From: an uncultured delta proteobacterium
Lineage (GTDB): Bacteria; Myxococcota_A; Polyangia; Polyangiales; Polyangiaceae
Reading direction: 5' to 3'
Assembly (NCBI GenBank): GCA_963850305.1
Contig: CAWKKR010000001.1
Span: 64,001 to 128,000 of the forward strand
DNA length: 64,000 nt
The notes beneath the pieces were generated by a model. That model made no database searches. It worked only from the letters and a program-made list of their open reading frames with translations, and was not told the origin of the DNA. Of the stretch, positions 59,270 to 64,000 are shown in pieces; position 1 is the stretch's first letter; each line of letters opens with the position of its first letter. The translations under genes and the position numbers were made by a program.

Positions 59270-61171
59270 CTATTCGGCGTCGCTGGGGGCGAGCGCCGCC
59301 CGCGGGGAGCTGCGGAGCATCGTCCGACGCGAGAGCACCCGTTCGAAGGCCCTGGCGCACCGGGCATTTTGCTCCTGCGTCCCTACCGTCACACGCACGA
59401 AACGCTTGGTCGCATGATGAACCTCGAGCGACCGAATCAAGATGCCCTCCGCCAACACCGATGCGACGAAATCCGCGGCTGAAGTCCCCGTCGCCGAGAT
59501 GTCCACGAGCACGAAATTGCCGTCGCTCGGCAGCACCGAGACCCCCGCAAGGGTCTCCAGCCGCGCCACGAGCTCCGCGCGCCCGGCCTTGAGCGCGTCC
59601 ACTCGGGTCTCGAATTCGGCAACGTCGTCCAGCGCAGCTTCCGCTGCCGCCAGCGTCACCGACGGAACGTTCCACGGGATCTTCACGCGCGACAGGAGCT
59701 CGATCACCGCCGAGTGACCGAGCGCGTACCCAAGCCTCATGCCCGCGAGCCCGAACGCCTTCGAGAACGTCCGCAGCAGTATCATGTTCGGGTAGTCGCG
59801 CAGAAGACGCGCGAAGCTTTGCGCATCCCCAAGCTCCACATATGCCTCGTCGACGACCGTCGGCAGACCGAGCCCCAGGATGCGCCGAAGATCGGTCTCT
59901 CCGATGCCGTTGCCGGTCGGGTTGTTCGGCGTGCAGAGGAAGACGATCTTCGTCCGCTCGGTGACGGCGCGGATGAGACTGCCCACGTCGTGATCGTGAT
60001 CGTCGGTCATCGAAACGATCACCGGAATGCCGCCGACGACCCGGGTTCTCGCTTCGTACATGCTGAACGTCGGTACACTCAGCAGCACCTCCTCGCCCGG
60101 ACCGACGAAGGTGCGAATCACCAAATCGATGAGCTCGGTCGAGCCCATCCCGAGCAGCACGTTCGACGCCTCCAGACCATCTCGCCCCGCGATCTTGGAC
60201 TTCAGGCGGGCGCCGTTCGGTGGATAGTGATTTGCGTTGGTGGCTGCGTCGACGATCGCGCGGATCACGCGCGGACTCGGCGAATATGGGCTCTCGTTCG
60301 ACATCATCCGCAGGACGTCGCCCCGCTCGGCAATGGCGAAATGTCCCTCGTTATACGGCTTCGCCGCCCGGACCCAGCTCGGCGCGAAGAGCTCCACGCT
60401 GTCGGGCTGCACGGCCCCACCGCTCCCCGGCTCGTCGCCCAGCGCGTCGCCGAACACCCGGATCATCGCCTCGGCGCGGTCCATCGCTTCGGGAGTGTCC
60501 ACGTCGATCCAGCGCGCGTCCCCGACGTCGCACGCGAAGAATGCACCCTTCGCCGCGAGCGCACGAACGCCCTCGGAAAGCGAGGCGTCGCCCATCCTGG
60601 CGACGACCTCCTCGAGCTCGCGTACGAGCGCCGGCCCGATCCGGAACACGCCCGTGTCGATCGCGTCGTATTCCGGCAGTTCCTTCCCGATCTCGGCGAT
60701 GCGTCCCTTCTGCGTCACGACCTTCGTCGCGTCGTCGAGGTCGAAGCAGCGCGCGATGTCGCGATCGACGCCCAGCGCGCATGCACCCTTCGGCAGCTCG
60801 GCCGCGAGCAGCCGGCGCGGAAGCTCTGGCGAGTAAAGGTGGTCCGACATCGTCAGCAGGCAGTCGCCGTCGATGAATTCCTTCGCTGCGAGCAGAGAGA
60901 CGCCGTTCTTGGCGTGGAAGTTCGGATTCTCGACGAAGCGAATTTCGAGTCCGAGCCCCGACGCCGTCTGAAGCGCACGTCGTACAACGTCGCCGCGATG
61001 CCCCAGCACGACGACCGCTTCTCGAATCCCGACCTCTTCGAGGGTGCGGAGGACTCTCACCAGCAACGGGATGCCGCTCACTGCACGCACCGGCTTCGGG
61101 ACCTGGCCGTTCAGCCGTGAGCCGAGCCCAGCCGCCAGTACGATCGCCCGGGTGACACGCCTGTCTCTCAT
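59270..61171 (-). CDS. fusion: IPCT-like cytidylyltransferase + HisC-like class I/II PLP enzyme
   Basis: N-half AIVLAAGLGSRL..PKP, NGVSLL, MSDHLY, DATKV, IGKEL..YD.IDTG.F, WIDVDT. C-half SNESPY, PNNPTG, VDEAY, RTFSKAFGLAGMRLGY, RVTVG. Confidence 0.9.
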   Translation of the reverse strand: MRDRRVTRAIVLAAGLGSRLNGQVPKPVRAVSGIPLLVRVLRTLEEVGIREAVVVLGHRGDVVRRALQTASGLGLEIRFVENPNFHAKNGVSLLAAKEFIDGDCLLTMSDHLYSPELPRRLLAAELPKGACALGVDRDIARCFDLDDATKVVTQKGRIAEIGKELPEYDAIDTGVFRIGPALVRELEEVVARMGDASLSEGVRALAAKGAFFACDVGDARWIDVDTPEAMDRAEAMIRVFGDALGDEPGSGGAVQPDSVELFAPSWVRAAKPYNEGHFAIAERGDVLRMMSNESPYSPSPRVIRAIVDAATNANHYPPNGARLKSKIAGRDGLEASNVLLGMGSTELIDLVIRTFVGPGEEVLLSVPTFSMYEARTRVVGGIPVIVSMTDDHDHDVGSLIRAVTERTKIVFLCTPNNPTGNGIGETDLRRILGLGLPTVVDEAYVELGDAQSFARLLRDYPNMILLRTFSKAFGLAGMRLGYALGHSAVIELLSRVKIPWNVPSVTLAAAEAALDDVAEFETRVDALKAGRAELVARLETLAGVSVLPSDGNFVLVDISATGTSAADFVASVLAEGILIRSLEVHHATKRFVRVTVGTQEQNARCARAFERVLSRRTMLRSSPRAALAPSDAE

Positions 61172-61403
61172 GGGATTCTCGCGCCCGCGACCTGGTAGCA
61201 CGCTCGTGGAAATCACGGCAAATCCTTTTCAGTTCAGATAGTTAGGTGACGGTGAAGCTGTCGCAGTCGAACCACACTGTCGTCATTTAGCTACACCAGA
61301 ACGCCCGGGACCGCGCCCCAGCGAAAGACCAGGTGTGATGCGCAAATATAATGATTTCAGTTATTTCCATGGCAAACAGGCCGGTCAACCCGGCCAGCCA
61401 TTA

Positions 61404-61419
61404 AGCAAGCCGGATGCCA
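61404..61419 (-). promoter_or_regulatory. sigma54 promoter upstream of the fusion gene
   Basis: Minus strand TGGCATCCGGCTTGCT = TGGCA-N6-TTGCT with exact consensus spacing. Confidence 0.75.
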
Positions 61420-61545
61420 ATGCCCGGTGCGTCAACCATTTCGCACCTCGCGGTGCCGATCGCGGCTTTTCCCTGACGTCAACGTCACATGCCGCGCATG
61501 GCCGCTCGGACCCTGTTGCACCTCGGCAACACCGTGCCCGGAATG

Positions 61546-62274
61546 TCAGTGCGAAAAGAGTTCCCTCGCTTGATCCAGATCCTCGAGCGAATCCACTTCG
61601 CACCAGCGAAGCCCGGTGATGTCCACCGCCCTGACGCGTGCTCCGCGCAGGATCAGTCGGGAATACACGTCCTCGTAGTAGAGGTGGGTGTCGCCCGCGG
61701 CGCGCGCGCCGTCGAGAGCGTCAAAGAGCTCCTCGCAAGCGCTGGAGTCTATTCGCTCGATCCCGATGCTTTCGCCCCCACTCTCGGACAGCGGAATCCC
61801 TTTCCCGAAGGCGGCGATGTCCTGGCTACCACGCTCGAGACGCACCTTCATTGCCTCGTCGTCGAGCTTTCGCTCTCGGTCGACAGCAGCGGAGATGTAG
61901 GCGGAGCTCGAATTCAATCGCGAAAGAATCTCCGCGTCGAAAACGACATCGCCGTCGAGTCGAAAAAAGGAATCGCCACCGACGGCATCACGACAGAGCG
62001 CCAGCGAAACCGAGTTTTGCGTCGCCGCGTAGTCGGGATTCGGGCAAAAAGTGACCTCCAGCGACGACTCCGCGAGGGCATGTCGAAGCGCGTGCTCCTT
62101 GTAACCCGTGGCAACTACGAGCCTCGACACGCCCGCGCCGACCAGCGCGTCGACGGCTCTGGACAAAATCGTCCCGCTACCCAAGGGGACCAGAGGTTTC
62201 GGCCGGTCGTCAGTGAGCGGCCGAAGCCGGGAGCCGGTACCCGCAGCTAAGATCACGGCCAGACGAGTTGCCAT
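61546..62274 (-). CDS. phosphocholine cytidylyltransferase (LicC-like) family protein
   Basis: ILAAGTGSRLRPLT..PKPL, NPDY..TQNSVSL, DGD, EAMKV, GESIGI, YYED, WCEVD. Confidence 0.88.
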   Translation of the reverse strand: MATRLAVILAAGTGSRLRPLTDDRPKPLVPLGSGTILSRAVDALVGAGVSRLVVATGYKEHALRHALAESSLEVTFCPNPDYAATQNSVSLALCRDAVGGDSFFRLDGDVVFDAEILSRLNSSSAYISAAVDRERKLDDEAMKVRLERGSQDIAAFGKGIPLSESGGESIGIERIDSSACEELFDALDGARAAGDTHLYYEDVYSRLILRGARVRAVDITGLRWCEVDSLEDLDQARELFSH

Positions 62275-62334
62275 CGGGAGATGGCGCGACGATTGCACAG
62301 TCCCCGGGATCTTGATAGGAGCCCGCACGAATCC

Positions 62335-63648
62335 ATGAAGCAGCCTGAACGCATTGGAAAGCCGCACGGCAAGCTTGCCGTGTTTTTGCCCGGCCTCGGA
62401 GCCGTGGCCACCACATTCATCGCGGGCTGCATGCTCGCCCGGAAGAGCAAGGCGTTACCCATCGGGTCACTCACCCAGATGGGCACCATCCGGCTCGGAA
62501 AGCGCACCGATAAACAGGCCCCTAAGATCAAAGACTTCGTGCCTCTCGCGTCGCTCGACGATCTGGAATTTTGCGCCTGGGACCTCTTCGCCGACAACGC
62601 CTACGAGGCGGCGGTGAAGGCAGAGGTTCTGGAAGCGCGACATCTCGACACCATCAAATCCGAGCTCGAGAGCGTGGTGCCGAAGCCCGCGGTCTTTTAC
62701 ACGGAGTACGTCAAACGGTTGAGCGGGTCGCACGTCAAGAAGGGTGCAACCAAAGCAGACATGGTCGAAGCCCTGCGCGAAGACATTCGCACGTTCATGA
62801 AGGAGCGCGGGTGTGCTCGCGCGGTCACAGTGTGGTGCGGCTCGACTGAAATTTATCTCCAGGCGACCGCCGTGCACCAATCGATCGACGCGTTCGAGGC
62901 GGGGCTCCGTGCGAATGACGCGTCGATCTCGAGCTCGCAGATCTACGCTTGGGCGTGCATACTGGAGGGGGTTCCCTTTGCGAACGGCGCTCCGAACCTG
63001 TGTGTCGACTTTCCCGCAGCGCACGACCTAGCGAAGAAAACGAGGACGCCTATCTGCGGAAAGGACTTCAAGACCGGTCAGACTCTCATGAAAACGATCC
63101 TCGCGCCGGGTCTGAAGGCGCGGATGCTCGGGATCGACGGGTGGTTTTCTACGAACATCCTCGGCAACCGCGATGGAGAGGTGCTGGACGACCCAGATAA
63201 CTTCAAGACCAAGGAAGTCAGCAAGCTCAGCGTACTCGAGCACATCCTGCAACCGGAGACCTACCCCGATCTCTACGGCCACGTTTATCACAAGGTGACA
63301 ATCAACTATTACCCGCCCCGCGGTGACGCCAAGGAAGGGTGGGACAACGTGGATATCCGCGGCTGGCTCGGGTACCCGATGCAAATCAAGGTCGACTTCC
63401 TCTGTCGGGACTCCATCCTTGCTGCGCCCATCGTGCTGGATCTCGCGCTGTTCATGGACCTCGCGAAGCGTGCCGGGTTTCACGGGGTGCAGGAATGGCT
63501 CAGTTTCTATTTCAAGAGCCCGATGACGGCCGAGGGGCTCTACCCCGAGCATGATCTCTTCATTCAAAGCATGAAATTGAAAAACACGCTTCGCTGGATG
63601 ATGAACCACGAGCTCATCACCCACCTCGGCAACGAATATTACGACTGA
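62335..63648 (+). CDS. ino1: myo-inositol-1-phosphate synthase
   Basis: GLGAVATT, STE, ANGAPN, GKDFKTGQT, NILGNRDG, KEGWD, RDSILAAP, FYFKSP. Confidence 0.96.
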   Translation: MKQPERIGKPHGKLAVFLPGLGAVATTFIAGCMLARKSKALPIGSLTQMGTIRLGKRTDKQAPKIKDFVPLASLDDLEFCAWDLFADNAYEAAVKAEVLEARHLDTIKSELESVVPKPAVFYTEYVKRLSGSHVKKGATKADMVEALREDIRTFMKERGCARAVTVWCGSTEIYLQATAVHQSIDAFEAGLRANDASISSSQIYAWACILEGVPFANGAPNLCVDFPAAHDLAKKTRTPICGKDFKTGQTLMKTILAPGLKARMLGIDGWFSTNILGNRDGEVLDDPDNFKTKEVSKLSVLEHILQPETYPDLYGHVYHKVTINYYPPRGDAKEGWDNVDIRGWLGYPMQIKVDFLCRDSILAAPIVLDLALFMDLAKRAGFHGVQEWLSFYFKSPMTAEGLYPEHDLFIQSMKLKNTLRWMMNHELITHLGNEYYD

Positions 63649-63803
63649 TCGATTCGAGCGCGCGGGCATCTCGGCGCTCTCGCTCCTCGCCGTACATTCG
63701 TACGGCTCCGGGGCTCACCCGCGGACCTCCCGACGCGGTCTTCGCCTTCGACAACGCGCCTCGAGCGCGGCCGTCTCGGTTCGCTCGGCGCTCCGCGTGT
63801 CGA

Positions 63804-63998
63804 TCAAGCGAGGCCGGCTCTTCGGCGCGACACCCAATGGACGCCGAGGACGACGGACGCCGCGACGGCCCAGGACCAGGGGGGCATCACCGGGAAGACG
63901 TGGCGTTCCGTAGCGATCTCGGTCGAGTCTGGAACAGGAAGCGAAGCAACGTCGTCGTCGTCGACCGAACGACCTCCACTGACCTTCGCGATCCGATC
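63804..63998 (-). CDS. C-terminal end of a membrane-anchored protein (partial, runs off the window)
   Basis: Minus frame reads ...PVMPPWSWAVAASVVLGVHWVSRRRAGLA*, a TM plus RRRxGL terminus of the kind seen on VWA/glutamine-amidotransferase-like membrane proteins. Confidence 0.65.
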   Translation of the reverse strand, partial: DRIAKVSGGRSVDDDDVASLPVPDSTEIATERHVFPVMPPWSWAVAASVVLGVHWVSRRRAGLA

Positions 63999-64000
63999 GA

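Noticed and set aside
1..64000. CRISPR arrays, IS/transposases, integrases, prophage, tRNA/rRNA, known anti-phage systems
   Set aside because: No regularly spaced repeats, recombinase motifs, phage genes or RNA-gene signatures recognised by eye. tRNAscan, Infernal and DefenseFinder would be needed to exclude them formally.

Overview
GC-rich chromosomal window with no mobile elements, CRISPR array, rRNA or tRNA that I could recognise. Gene content suggests Myxococcota, probably Polyangiaceae/Sorangiineae (inference: paralogous DnaK/J-domain genes, PEGA protein, Hanks kinase, GltJ/AgmX-like protein, many Cys-rich lipoproteins). In order it carries: a PEGA membrane protein; a type IV pilin cluster (pilR, four pilin paralogues, pilG-like gene, sigma54 promoters); an LpxL-like acyltransferase, J-domain/TPR gene, dnaK, hypothetical gene, M1 peptidase and membrane protein; a degenerate glgA; argB; an RluA-family gene; a stand-alone IMP cyclohydrolase half of purH; small regulators (RHH, sigma-region-4-only, MerR-like); SPFH, Ser/Thr kinase and REC-DUF4388 genes; nikR, a SPOR gene, pabB and an NDP-sugar synthase; lipoproteins; a rhomboid-like gene; pyrR-pyrB, murI, hom, lon and fmt; two tandem GT-C glycosyltransferases; a zincin, giant-insert Hsp70 and J-domain operon; a GltJ-like gene; an exported HEAT-repeat protein; and an inositol cluster. 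The best candidate for an undescribed system is the inositol cluster: ino1, a cytidylyltransferase, and an IPCT-like cytidylyltransferase fused to a HisC-like PLP enzyme behind its own sigma54 promoter. Four genes are each split by a single extra A on the + strand, most likely a sequencing artefact. All family calls come from recognising motifs by eye; no database searches were run.
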